Virus record (IMG/VR): IMGVR_UViG_3300042273_000055
Origin: a virus
Strand: one strand, 5' to 3'
DNA: 49,502 nt
The notes beneath the pieces are model-generated. The model worked only from the letters and a program-made list of their open reading frames with translations. It was not told the origin of the DNA and did no database searches. Each line of letters opens with the position of its first letter. Within the stretch, counting starts at the first letter, position 1. A program made the position numbers and the translations under genes. Positions 16,630 through 26,800 of the stretch are shown here, piece after piece.

Positions 16630-17277
16630 ATGAGTGTGAGCCTACCCAACGGCGCCGTAGTATCCATCGCTTCCGCGTATGCCGCGCCGATCACAGTCAC
16701 CGCCGTATCGAACGCCAACCCGGCCGTTGCTTCTGCAGTTGGCCACGGCCTAGCCAATGGCGATATCGTCGAGGTCACATCCGGCTGGTCGCGTCTGAAT
16801 AGCCGAGTCGCTCGAGTCGCCAACGTGACCGCCGACACCTTCGAGTTGGAAGGCATCAACACCACCTCGACCAACCTGTACCCGGCTGGCGGTGGCGCCG
16901 GCTCCGTGCGCAAGGTCAGCACCTGGCAGCAGATCACCCAGGTTCTGGAGTTCACCACTTCTGGCGGTGAGCAGCAGTTCGTCACCTACTCGTTCCTCGA
17001 GGAGGATGTCGAGCACCAGATCCCGACCGTCAAGAGCGCGTCCAGCTTCGCCATGACCATCGGCGACGACGCCGAGCTGCCCTGGTACAGCATCCTGTCC
17101 GATGCAAACGACGACCGCATTCCGCGTGCTGTGTCGGTCGTGCTGCCTTCCGGCTCCGCGATCTTCTACAACGGCTACGTGACCCTCAACAAGACCCCGA
17201 CGCTCACCAAGAACGAGCTGATGGGCCTGCAGAGCACCGTGTCGCTCACCTCCGAGCCCATGCGTTACGCCGCCTAA
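16630..17277 (+). CDS. Major tail (tube) protein
   Basis: 215 aa between the terminator protein and the G/GT chaperones. It has its own strong RBS and flanking hairpins. Confidence 0.85.
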   Translation: MSVSLPNGAVVSIASAYAAPITVTAVSNANPAVASAVGHGLANGDIVEVTSGWSRLNSRVARVANVTADTFELEGINTTSTNLYPAGGGAGSVRKVSTWQQITQVLEFTTSGGEQQFVTYSFLEEDVEHQIPTVKSASSFAMTIGDDAELPWYSILSDANDDRIPRAVSVVLPSGSAIFYNGYVTLNKTPTLTKNELMGLQSTVSLTSEPMRYAA

Positions 17278-17330
17278 CGCAGCAAGGCCCGTCACTCGGC
17301 GGGCCTACTCTTTCCAGATAGGGACGATCC

Positions 17331-17642
17331 ATGAGCGTGAAATTCACCCTGACCCCGAATCCAACCTTCAAGGCGCCGGTAGAAATCCCGCTGCCTGACG
17401 GCCAGGTCGCCAAGCCGGTATTCGAGTTCAAGCATCGCGACAAGGACAGCCTCGACGCGCTGATCAAGAACAAGAAGATCAGCGACCCCGACCTGCTCTG
17501 TGAAATGCTCGCCGGCTGGGATCTCGAAGAAGAATTCTGCGCCGCCAGCATTGAGCTGCTGTGCAAGAACTACGTCATGGCCCCGAAAGCCATCTTCTCC
17601 GCGTACATCACCGCCCTGGTGGACGGCCGCCGGGGAAACTAG
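17331..17642 (+). CDS. Tail assembly chaperone (gpG analogue)
   Basis: 103 aa. The ORF ends 3 nt after the slippery heptamer. Confidence 0.85.
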   Translation: MSVKFTLTPNPTFKAPVEIPLPDGQVAKPVFEFKHRDKDSLDALIKNKKISDPDLLCEMLAGWDLEEEFCAASIELLCKNYVMAPKAIFSAYITALVDGRRGN

Positions 17643-17953
17643 AGGGGGCGGTCGAGCGGCTTTTCAGGAAGGACGCCGACCCCGAAGAGATGGCCCGCTT
17701 CGGCCTTCGCCCCGAAGACTTCCCGGAAGAGCGGTTCGGAATCTGGCCAGAGAACTGGCAGGTGTTCGACATCTTCCTTTCGATGCAGACCCAGTGGCGC
17801 ATGGGTATGAATGGGCCGACAGGGCTTGACTACTCGGCCCTTGAGTCGCTGTTTCGAATGAACCGCGTCAAGCGCAAGCAGCAACGCGACCACCTGGAGG
17901 CGATCCAGATCATGGAGCGCGCCGCACTGAAGGCGATGGCTGAGAATCGGTGA
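17331..17953 (+). CDS. Tail assembly chaperone fusion (gpGT analogue) made by a -1 frameshift at 17633-17639
   Basis: The -1 frame is open from the slip site to 17953. Its product (..GKLEGAVERLFRKD...FGIWPENWQVFDIF..) has a gpT/DUF1799-like character. Confidence 0.8.
17633..17639 (+). promoter_or_regulatory. -1 programmed frameshift slippery heptamer G GGA AAC
   Basis: X XXY YYZ in the zero frame (cgG GGA AAC tag). Lambda uses GGGAAAG at the same gene junction. Confidence 0.8.
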
Positions 17954-17985
17954 TAATCTGGCCCTTTCAAACAGGGAGGGGAACC

Positions 17986-18363
17986 ATGCGCAAGATTCTC
18001 ATCGTTGCCGCGCTGCTCATCATCGCAGGCTGCGCCAACAATCGTATCGATTACAACCGGCAGTCCATGAATTTGTCGCTGGGAATGTCAAAAGCTGACG
18101 TACAGGCGACCATGGGCCTCCCCCGAAGAACTGATGTTAACGAAGATCGCGAGCGTTGGATCTACTGGAACCCGGTCGTGATGGGCCTCACCCCGGTAGA
18201 TAACGAGCAGCTCGCCCAGGATCGACTGGTGGTCACTTTCGAGAACGGGAAGGTTGCGCGATGGGGAAACCAGACGCTGACAACCGATATGATGGAGGCA
18301 AGCCAGAAAACAATCGAAGCCTCTTACAAAGTCATGCAGCAGTCTTCGCCGCCAAAGCAGTAG
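17986..18363 (+). CDS. BamE/SmpA-OmlA-like outer-membrane lipoprotein (moron)
   Basis: Signal peptide plus lipobox (LLIIAGC), then the BamE-like LSLGMSKADVQATMGLPRR...RERWIYW. RBS is AGGGAGGGG. Confidence 0.8.
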   Translation: MRKILIVAALLIIAGCANNRIDYNRQSMNLSLGMSKADVQATMGLPRRTDVNEDRERWIYWNPVVMGLTPVDNEQLAQDRLVVTFENGKVARWGNQTLTTDMMEASQKTIEASYKVMQQSSPPKQ

Positions 18364-18377
18364 TAAATGACCTTACG

Positions 18378-18402
18378 AAGCCCGCCTAGTGCGGGCTTTT
18401 TC
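18378..18402 (+). terminator. Rho-independent terminator after the lipoprotein gene
   Basis: AGCCCGC-CTAGT-GCGGGCT followed by TTTT. Confidence 0.8.
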
Positions 18403-18418
18403 ATGCCTGGAGAAAAGC

Positions 18419-21400
18419 ATGACCGAATACGCCCGCCTTGTCCTGAGCGTGGACAGCACGAGCGGCCTGAAGGCTGAGAGCGACCTGGATCGCCTGGAGG
18501 CTGCCTCCCGCAAGGCTGAGGGCGGATTTGATCAGCTGGAGCGCCAGACTCGCCGTAACGTGACGGCCGCCTCTCAGCTGAAGACCGCAGTTGCTGCTCT
18601 AGGCACAACCTTGGCTGCCGCTGTTTCCGTTACCGCGCTTCGCTCCGCTGCTGGCCTGGTGCAGACCTACCAGGAAATGGCCGAGCGCGTGCAGATGGCC
18701 ACGAGCAGCCAGGCCGAGTTCGAGCTTGTGCAGCGCCGTCTGCTGGCCACCGCAAATGGCACTTACCGTTCGCTGCAAGAGGCGCAAGAGCTCTACATCC
18801 GCACCGCTGACAGCCTGCGGAGCATGGGATACTCAACTCAGCAGGCTCTCGACGTAACCGACTCCATGTCTTTCGCGTTCGTAAAGAACGCAACCAGCGC
18901 CGAGCGTGCTGAGACTGCGATCAGCGCTTTTTCCAAGTCGATGAACACCGGCAAGGTGGCCGCCGATCAGTGGGAAACCATCACCAGTGCCCTGCCATCG
19001 GTGATCAATGACATCGCAGCGGCAACAGGTCGTTCCGCCGCCGAGATCCGCGCAATGGGCGCCGCCGGGAAACTCTCTGCGCGTGATCTGTCCGAAGGTC
19101 TGCGCAAGTCCCTGGACGAGAACGCCAAGGCCGCCGCCAACATGGCGAGCAACCTGACCGATGCAGGTGTTCGCGCCAAGACAGCAACAACCGCGATTCT
19201 CGTCGCATTCGAGAACCAGAGCGGGGCGATCCAGAGCGTCACCAACAGCATCATCTCGGCCGCTGACTCAGTACTCGCGTTCAGCGAAGACACGGAAGCG
19301 ATGAAGGGTGCGCTCGACGGCATCAGCACTGCGGCCGAGTATCTGGCTGTTGCGGTTGGTGCGCGTCTTGTCACGGCCATGCTTGCCTACACCGCCACCC
19401 AGGGCCAAGCGGTCACTGCAACAGTTATTCGCATCGCCAAAGAGCGCGAAGCGCTGGCTGTTTCGGCTGCTCGTGCTACCGCTGAGCGCCAATCGGCCAT
19501 GGCAGCGCTTGCGGTGGCTAAGGCTGAGTTCGAGGCCGCCAAGGGCACCAATGCCCACGCCATCGCCGCCCGCAACCTGTCGGCTGCACAAGCCTTGGCG
19601 CTTCAGGCGGCAGCGAACCAGGCCGCAGCGCAGAACGCGCTCAACAGCGCAATGCGTGTCGGCACCATCGTTGCCGGCGGGCTGCGTAGCGCCATGGCCT
19701 TGCTCGGCGGGCCGGCTGGCGTGGTCTTGCTTGCTGCGGGCGCGCTCTACACCTTCGCAAGCAACGCCCGCGACGCCAAGCAGCCGGTCGACCTGCTTAC
19801 CGAGTCGGTTAACGACCTCGGCGATGCAACGCTTCGGGCTCTGCGCGCGGATCTGCTGACCAAGATCGAAACCGAGTCCAGCGGCGCCGCCGGCGAGCTG
19901 ACTGCGCTGAACGCCCGCGTCGAGACGCTGAAAGGCAACCTCGAGCGCTACCCGGGCAGCGCCAAGGCCCAAGAGTGGCGTGAGGAGCTGGAACGCACCG
20001 CAGAGAAGGCGCTGATTGCTGATGAGGCGCTGGAGAAGTACCGCAAGCGCCTTCGCGCCGTAGACGACGAGATCGCCAAGCGTAGCAAGGCGCCCGAGCT
20101 GAGCGACCCGGAAGAGCCTACGACGAGCGCTGAAGGGCAGAAAGCAATCGCCCGCATGCGCGAGCAGCTGGACCTGGCGAAGCTGCAAGGGGAGGCGCGC
20201 GCCCGCCTTGCGGCAATTCAGTCGCTTGGCGCTGAAGCCACCAAGGAAGAGCGGGAAGAGGCCGAGCAGCTGGCCACGCAGCTCTACCGGCTGGAAGAAG
20301 CAGAGCGCGCTCGCGGCAAGACCTCGGAAAAGAACCTGAAGCAGCAGGTTTCAGCGCTCGAGCTGCAAGCCAAGATGCTTGGCATGAACACCACCGAGGC
20401 GACGCTTTATAAGCTCGCCATGGACGGAGCGTCTGAGTCGCAGCTGGCCAGCGCACGCACCGCATTGCAGGCGGTTGAAGCCTACGAAAAGCAGGCTGAG
20501 GCAATTCGGAAGGTCAACGAAGCCGAGGAACAGACCAACCGCGACGCGGTGTCGATCATCGATGCGCTGATGACTGAGGAGGAGGCGATTAAGGCCTCTT
20601 ACGAGCGGCGCCGTCAGGTCATCATGGACGCAACGCTACTCACGGCAGAAGAGCGCAACGAGGCGCTGATCCGACTGGAAACGGAGGTGAGCGAGCAGCT
20701 GCTGGAGATCAACGGAAGCTTCTGGGAGCGGTACCTGCTTGCTGCAGAGAGCAACCTGACGAACTTCGACGAGCTGGCCGGCAATATGCTGGAGAACTTC
20801 AGTCGTCGCTTCGGTGATGCCTTCGAGTCGATGGTGTTCGACGCTGAGTCGCTGGGAGATGCTGCGCGCGGGATGTTTGAGGGGCTGGCCCGCTCCGCAG
20901 TCAATGCGCTGGGTGAAATGGCCGCACAGTGGTTGGCATATCAGGCGGTGCAATTGCTCGTCGGCAAGACTACGCAGGCGAGCGCTGCATCGGCAATGAC
21001 CTTCAACGCAATGGCCTCGCAGCAGATGGCTGCAATCAATGCATTCGCCTCGACGGCGGCAATTCCGATTGTTGGGCCTGCAATGGCTCCGGCGGCCGCT
21101 GCTGCCGCCATAGCGGCCACAACGCCAATGGTCGGTGCTGTTTCAAGCCTGGCGTTGGCCGGCATGGCGCACGACGGCATCGACAACATCCCCAAGGAAG
21201 GCACCTGGCTTCTGGACCGCGGCGAGCGTGTCGTGGACCGCCGCACAAACTCCGACCTGAAGGATTACCTGGCAGACCGGAAGGGCGGGGGCGGCGCACC
21301 GCAGATCACGATCCACGCACCGGTCACGGTCGAGGGGCAGGCGGGCATGAGCGAGCAGGAAATGCGCAAACAGGGGCAGGTCACGGCTGACACGATCAAC

Positions 21401-21478
21401 GCCGTCGTTATGACCAAGATCGAGCGTGAATCTCGCCCAGGCGGCCTGCTTTGGAACCTCTATGGAGCAGGACGATGA
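18419..21478 (+). CDS. Tape measure protein
   Basis: 1019 aa, Ala-rich and helical, with a hydrophobic block near the C-terminus. Position directly after G/GT. Confidence 0.93.
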   Translation: MTEYARLVLSVDSTSGLKAESDLDRLEAASRKAEGGFDQLERQTRRNVTAASQLKTAVAALGTTLAAAVSVTALRSAAGLVQTYQEMAERVQMATSSQAEFELVQRRLLATANGTYRSLQEAQELYIRTADSLRSMGYSTQQALDVTDSMSFAFVKNATSAERAETAISAFSKSMNTGKVAADQWETITSALPSVINDIAAATGRSAAEIRAMGAAGKLSARDLSEGLRKSLDENAKAAANMASNLTDAGVRAKTATTAILVAFENQSGAIQSVTNSIISAADSVLAFSEDTEAMKGALDGISTAAEYLAVAVGARLVTAMLAYTATQGQAVTATVIRIAKEREALAVSAARATAERQSAMAALAVAKAEFEAAKGTNAHAIAARNLSAAQALALQAAANQAAAQNALNSAMRVGTIVAGGLRSAMALLGGPAGVVLLAAGALYTFASNARDAKQPVDLLTESVNDLGDATLRALRADLLTKIETESSGAAGELTALNARVETLKGNLERYPGSAKAQEWREELERTAEKALIADEALEKYRKRLRAVDDEIAKRSKAPELSDPEEPTTSAEGQKAIARMREQLDLAKLQGEARARLAAIQSLGAEATKEEREEAEQLATQLYRLEEAERARGKTSEKNLKQQVSALELQAKMLGMNTTEATLYKLAMDGASESQLASARTALQAVEAYEKQAEAIRKVNEAEEQTNRDAVSIIDALMTEEEAIKASYERRRQVIMDATLLTAEERNEALIRLETEVSEQLLEINGSFWERYLLAAESNLTNFDELAGNMLENFSRRFGDAFESMVFDAESLGDAARGMFEGLARSAVNALGEMAAQWLAYQAVQLLVGKTTQASAASAMTFNAMASQQMAAINAFASTAAIPIVGPAMAPAAAAAAIAATTPMVGAVSSLALAGMAHDGIDNIPKEGTWLLDRGERVVDRRTNSDLKDYLADRKGGGGAPQITIHAPVTVEGQAGMSEQEMRKQGQVTADTINAVVMTKIERESRPGGLLWNLYGAGR

Positions 21479-21828
21479 TTGAGACCTTCGACTTTCCGAT
21501 CGACAGCTCGGCCTCCATCGACGTGTCCCAGCGGGCGCTGCGTACTGACTTCGGCGACGGGTATTCGCAAGAGGCCGGTGACGGCATCAATACCCGCTCC
21601 GAGGCCTGGCGGATCTCGGCCATGGGGCACTGGGAGACCGGTGGCGGGATGCCGGTTAAGGCGATGGCCGAGTTCCTGGACCGGCAGGGCGGCTACAAGG
21701 CGTTCCAGTGGGTGACTCCGATGGGCGCGACGAAGCTGTTCAAGTGCCGGTCCGGTTACAGCCTCACATCGAAGGGGGCGGGCTATTTCCAGCTGTCGGC
21801 CAGCTTTGAGGAGGTGCATGCGACATGA
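21475..21828 (+). CDS. Minor tail protein (lambda gpM-like)
   Basis: 117 aa directly after the tape measure. FGDGYSQ motif. ATGA-coupled. Confidence 0.88.
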   Translation: MIETFDFPIDSSASIDVSQRALRTDFGDGYSQEAGDGINTRSEAWRISAMGHWETGGGMPVKAMAEFLDRQGGYKAFQWVTPMGATKLFKCRSGYSLTSKGAGYFQLSASFEEVHAT

Positions 21829-22487
21829 CGTTAGCGACAGACGTTCAACGCCTGGAGCCGGGCCAGATCGTGACGCTCTACACCCTAGACGCTGAGGCGA
21901 TTGGCGCGGAGGTTTACCACTTCCACAGCCACGATGCCGGGCCGATCAGCTTCAAGGGCGTGCAGTACGACCCATGGCCGCTTGAGGCTAGCGGGTTCGA
22001 GATGAGCGGCAGCCGCAACCCGTCGCCGAGCCTGAAGATGGGCAACGTCGGCGGGTTCATCACGGCGCTGTGCCTTGAGTTCGACGACATGGTTGGCGCC
22101 AAGCTGACCCGCCGTCGGACGCTGGCCAAGTACCTGGACGGAATGCCAGATGCCGACCCGGACGAGGAGTTTCCGCCGGAGATCTGGTTCATCGAGCAGA
22201 AGGTCGGTGAGACATCCGAGGCAGTGGAGTTCGAGCTAGCCAGCGCCATGGACTTCCAGGGCGTTCAGCTGCCGCGGCGGCAGATCATCGCGAACCACTG
22301 CCCGTGGCGGTACCGGAGCGCGGAATGCGGCTACACCGGCCCGCCAGTGGCGGATGAGTACGACATCATCACGACGGATGCGGCGCGGGACAAGTGCGGC
22401 AAGCGGCTGCAGAGCTGCAAGCTGCGGTTCGGGGCGAACAATCCCATCTCGTTCGGGGGTTTTCCAGCAGCCGCCCTGGTCAGGTAA
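21825..22487 (+). CDS. Minor tail protein (lambda gpL-like)
   Basis: C-terminal Cys cluster CPWRYRSAECGYTG...CGKRLQSCKLRF, as in gpL. Confidence 0.9.
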   Translation: MTLATDVQRLEPGQIVTLYTLDAEAIGAEVYHFHSHDAGPISFKGVQYDPWPLEASGFEMSGSRNPSPSLKMGNVGGFITALCLEFDDMVGAKLTRRRTLAKYLDGMPDADPDEEFPPEIWFIEQKVGETSEAVEFELASAMDFQGVQLPRRQIIANHCPWRYRSAECGYTGPPVADEYDIITTDAARDKCGKRLQSCKLRFGANNPISFGGFPAAALVR

Positions 22488-22503
22488 GCCTGTCCAATCC
22501 AAC

Positions 22504-22528
22504 AGCCCGCCACGCGCGGGCTTTTTTG
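22504..22528 (+). terminator. Rho-independent terminator between the L-like and K-like genes
   Basis: AGCCCGC-CACGC-GCGGGCT followed by T6. Confidence 0.75.
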
Positions 22529-22540
22529 TGGGTGCATATC

Positions 22541-23302
22541 ATGCGACTACCAGCAGCGGCCAAGCGGCACGCCGAGTCCTGCTACCCGGTCGAATCGTGC
22601 GGCTTGATTGTGGACGGCCAGTACCGCCCGTGCCGGAACGCGGCTTCTACGCCATCCGAGCACTTCATCATCGACCCGGCCGACTACAAGGCAGCCATGC
22701 GCGAGGGAGAGGTTCAGGCGGTGGTCCACAGCCACCCAGACCACCCAGCGCAGCCAAGCGTGGCGGACCGGGTCGCCTGTGAAGAGTCCGGCCTGCCCTG
22801 GGCAATCATCCCGGTGGAGCAGGGCAAGGCGGGCAGGCACGTCTGGCTCAAGCCAGAAGGCTGGCAGGCGCCGCTGATCGGCCGAGAGTTCGTGCATGGC
22901 GTGCATGACTGCCTGTCCATCGTTCTCGACTTCTACCGGCGCGAAATGGGCATCGATCTCGGCCACTACGAGCGCGAGGACGGCTGGTGGGATCAGGGCA
23001 AGGACTATTACCGGGAGCTGCTGCCGAAGGCCGGCTTCCACCCGGTGAGCAACCTGCAGCACGGCGACGTGGTGCTGATGCAGATTCGGTCCCCGGTACC
23101 GAACCACTCCGGCATTTATCTCGATTCGGGCGTGCTGGCTTCCGAGCCTGAGCACTACCCGGCCCCGCAATCAATCCTCCATCACCTCTACGGGCGCGAC
23201 TCAAAGCGCGACCCGTATGGCGGCTATTGGCTGGAAAAGACAGTGAGCATCTGGCGCCATGAAACTCAAGACAATCAGGCTCTACGGGAAGCTGGGGGCT
23301 AA
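22541..23302 (+). CDS. Tail tip assembly protein (lambda gpK-like, MPN/JAMM + NlpC/P60)
   Basis: HSHPDHPAQPSVAD (JAMM) and HGVHDCLSIV...NHSGIY (NlpC/P60 Cys/His). Confidence 0.9.
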   Translation: MRLPAAAKRHAESCYPVESCGLIVDGQYRPCRNAASTPSEHFIIDPADYKAAMREGEVQAVVHSHPDHPAQPSVADRVACEESGLPWAIIPVEQGKAGRHVWLKPEGWQAPLIGREFVHGVHDCLSIVLDFYRREMGIDLGHYEREDGWWDQGKDYYRELLPKAGFHPVSNLQHGDVVLMQIRSPVPNHSGIYLDSGVLASEPEHYPAPQSILHHLYGRDSKRDPYGGYWLEKTVSIWRHETQDNQALREAGG

Positions 23303-23813
23303 GTTCGGCCGCGTTCATCGCCTGGCCGTAGCGAATGCCGCCGAAGCCGTGCGGGCGCTGTGCGTAATGCTGCCTGGCTTCGAGAGCCACATGTCCAATG
23401 CGCCGGGTGGATACGCGGTGTTCTACGGCCGCGAGAATGTCGGCGCTGAGGCTCTAGGGCATCCGGCGGGAAAGGATGACATCAGAATCGCGCCGATTCC
23501 GGCAGGCGCCAAGCAGGGCGGGCTGTTTGCTGTGATCGTCGGCGTCGTCCTTGTGGTGGCCGGCGCAATCACGGCCAACCCGGCGCTGATGATGGCAGGC
23601 GCCGCCATGGCAATCGGCGGGGCGGTGATGATGCTCTCTCCGCAGCCAAGCGCCGCAGAGTCTGCAGACTCGGCCAACAACCGTTCCAGTTACGCATTCA
23701 ACGGCCCGGTCAACACCGAGGCCCAAGGCAACCCTGTGCCGCTGCTCTACGGTGAATTGATCGTCGGGTCTGCGGTGATTTCTGGCGGCGTTTACGTTGA
23801 GGACCGGGCATGA
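23259..23813 (+). CDS. Tail assembly protein (lambda gpI-like)
   Basis: MKLKTIRLYGKLGAKFG... with a central hydrophobic block. It overlaps the K-like gene, as in lambda. Confidence 0.85.
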   Translation: MKLKTIRLYGKLGAKFGRVHRLAVANAAEAVRALCVMLPGFESHMSNAPGGYAVFYGRENVGAEALGHPAGKDDIRIAPIPAGAKQGGLFAVIVGVVLVVAGAITANPALMMAGAAMAIGGAVMMLSPQPSAAESADSANNRSSYAFNGPVNTEAQGNPVPLLYGELIVGSAVISGGVYVEDRA

Positions 23814-26800
23814 CAGCAATGATCAAGGGCGCAAAGGGCGGCAGCTCAAAGCCACGCACCCCCAAGGAGTCGCCGGACAGCCTCGTCAGCATCGCCTATG
23901 CCCGCCTGATCGACCTCATATCCGAGGGGGAGATCTACGGGCTAGTCAATGGTGCGGCATCGATCTACCTAGACGAAACGCCGGCATCAACCAGCGGCGG
24001 CTCGTCCTTCAGTGGCTTTAGCTGGGAGCAGCGTACCGGCAGCCAGGATCAGCCTTACCTGGCCGGCTTCCCGCAGGTCGAAAACGAAATCAGCATCGGC
24101 GTTGAGCTGCAGGCCTCTACGCCCTGGGTTCGCTCGGTCACGAACTCCGACCTGTCCGCTGTTCGGATCAACTTCTCCGTTCCGCGCCTGGCGAAGCAGA
24201 ACGCCAGCAACGGCGACACTACCGGCTACCGGGTCGACTACGCCATTGACGTAGCGATTGGCCTGGGTGCTTACCAAGAGGTGCTGACGGGTGCCTTCAA
24301 CGGTAAGACCACTGGCGGCTACGAGCGCTCCGTGCGGATTGACCTGCCGGAAGGCTCTGGCGGCTGGCGTGTGCGCGTGCGCCGGCTGACCCCGAACAGT
24401 ACGTCGTCGGCCATCGCAGATACGGTAAACATCAAGTCGTTCACCGAGATCATCGACGCCAAGTTCCGCTATCCGAATTCGGCCATCGTTGGCGTCTCCT
24501 TCGATGCGGAAACGTTTGGCGGATCGGTGCCGCGCCGTGGCTACCATGCCCGCGGCCGGATCATTCGCGTGCCGAGCAACTATAGCCCGGAAACTCGCAC
24601 CTACACCGGCATCTGGGACGGCACGTTCCAACTGGCGTACAGCAACAACCCGGCGTGGATCTACTACGACCTGCTGCTGCACCCGCGCTATGGTCTCGGT
24701 GACCGCATCGATGCAAGCCAGGTGGACAAGTGGGGGCTGTACCAGATCGGCCAATACTGCGACCAGCTGGTCAGCGATGGGAAAGGCGGGCAGGAGCCGC
24801 GCTTCGTCTGCAACCTCTACCTGCAGAAGCGCGCTGATGCCTACAAGGCGCTGCAGGACATCGCAGCAGTGTTTCGCGGCATCACCTATTGGGGCGCCGG
24901 CCAGGCGATCGTCTCGTCCGATATGCCAGCTGACCCGGTCTACACCTACACCAACGCCAACGTCAAAAACGGCAAGTTCAGCTACAAGGGCAGCAAGCGG
25001 AGCACCCGCTACAGCGCCGTTCTGGTTGGCTGGAACGACCCGTCCGACATGTATCGCCGCAAGGTCGAGTACGTGCAGGATGACGACGCCATCGCTCGTT
25101 TTGGTGTTCAGACTACCGAGATCACGGCGCTCGGCTGTACGTCGCAAGGTCAGGCTCAGCGCGCCGGCCGCTGGGCGCTGCTGACCAACCTGCTTGAGAC
25201 GGAGACGGTCACGTTCTCTGTCGGGCTTGACGGAATCCGTGCGCGCCCAGGTCAGATCATTCGAGTGGCTGACAATGCTCGGGCTGGGCGCCGGATTGGC
25301 GGCCGGTTGAGCGCTGCAACGACAACCGTCGTCACCGTGGATAAGGTCGAAGGCGTGCAGAGCGGCGACGAGCTGACCTGCATCCTGCCGAGCGGCGTCG
25401 CGCAGACCCGCAGCATCGTCGCGGTAGACGGGCATCAGCTGACCGTCGCGCCTGCATTCGACGCAGCGCCTGTCGCGCAGAGTGTGTGGGCGTGGGAATC
25501 GACCAGCCTGGCAGCCCAGCGCTACCGGATTGTCAGCATCGCCGAGTCTGGTCCGCTGGAGTATGCCATCACGGCGAGCAAGTACGTCGAGGGCAAGCAC
25601 GCCGCAGTCGACAGCGGGGCGATCATCAGCCAGCGCCCGATTACGGCAATCCCCTCCAGCGTGCAAGCAGCGCCGCAGAACATCCGCGCTATCAGCGACT
25701 GGATGATCGAGCAGACCCTGGCTGTCACCACAATGACGATCCTTTGGGATGCAGCGCCGGGCGCCACCCGCTACGACGTGGAGTGGAAGCGCGGCGATGG
25801 GGCCTGGGTCTATGCAGGGCGCGTTGGCGGTACCGAGATTGACGTGGTCGGCATCTACGCCGGTACCTACCAGATCCGCGTCCGCGCACTGAACAGCCTG
25901 GACGTGGTGAGCCCGTGGGGCTACAGCGAGGCGATCGATCTGGCCGGCAAGGCCGGAACCCCGCCCGCAGTGGCTTTCCTGAATGCCGTGCCTGAGGTAT
26001 TCGGCATCCGTCTGGAGTGGGGGTTTCCCGCCGGCGCAGAAGACACGCTGCGCACCGAGATTCAGTATGGATCGGCGCAAAGCGAGCAGGACGCGCTGCA
26101 TCTCGGCGACTACGCCTATCCGGCCAACACGCACACCATGACCGGCCTGGCCGCTGGCGTGACGTTCTGGTTCCGGGCTCGGCTGATCGACAGGACCGGC
26201 AACATTGGCCCGTGGTCTGATTGGGTGATGGGGCAGTCCAGCGCTGACGCAACGGCAATCCTCGAGTACATCACTGGCCAGATCAGCGAAACCGAACTCG
26301 GGCAGAACCTGCTTGCTCGGATCAACCTGATCGATGGCGATGGCCCTGGCTCGGTCAATGACCGTATCAGGGAGCTTGCCGACGCGATCGAGTACTCGCC
26401 GAACAATGCCTATCTGGCCGGTGATTCGGTTCGCGATGGGCAGCGGCTGTATCAGGCAAAGATCGATGTGCCGGCCGATCCGGATGGCGCGAACGCCCCG
26501 CCGAATGCGACTTACTGGCTCGACATCGGGCAAGTGGTCCAGTCGGCGAACGGCCTTGCGCTGCAGGTCGAGCAGAACACTGCGAGCCTTGAGCTGCTGG
26601 ACGGCAAGGTCACTGCCGCGGCGTCGAGCCTGGAAGTGCTGCAAGCAACCTGGCGCGACGATGACGGAGAGGGTGAGCTGGCGGATGCGCTGCGCGGATG
26701 GCAAACGCAGGCTCAGTACGCGCAGGAGGTCAAAACCCGCGCGTCTCAAAGCGAGGCTTCGGTTGAGCGAGACACGCTGCTCGGCGCTGACCTGGCGAGT

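Noticed and set aside
23987-26749. 920-aa ORF on the - strand
   Set aside because: It is antisense to the gpJ-like gene. The product is Arg/Ala/Gly/Pro-rich and low-complexity, as expected for a shadow ORF in high-GC DNA. The same applies to 9987-11411, 12858-13820, 13654-14973, 19268-20188, 22547-23170 and the other long antisense frames in the track.
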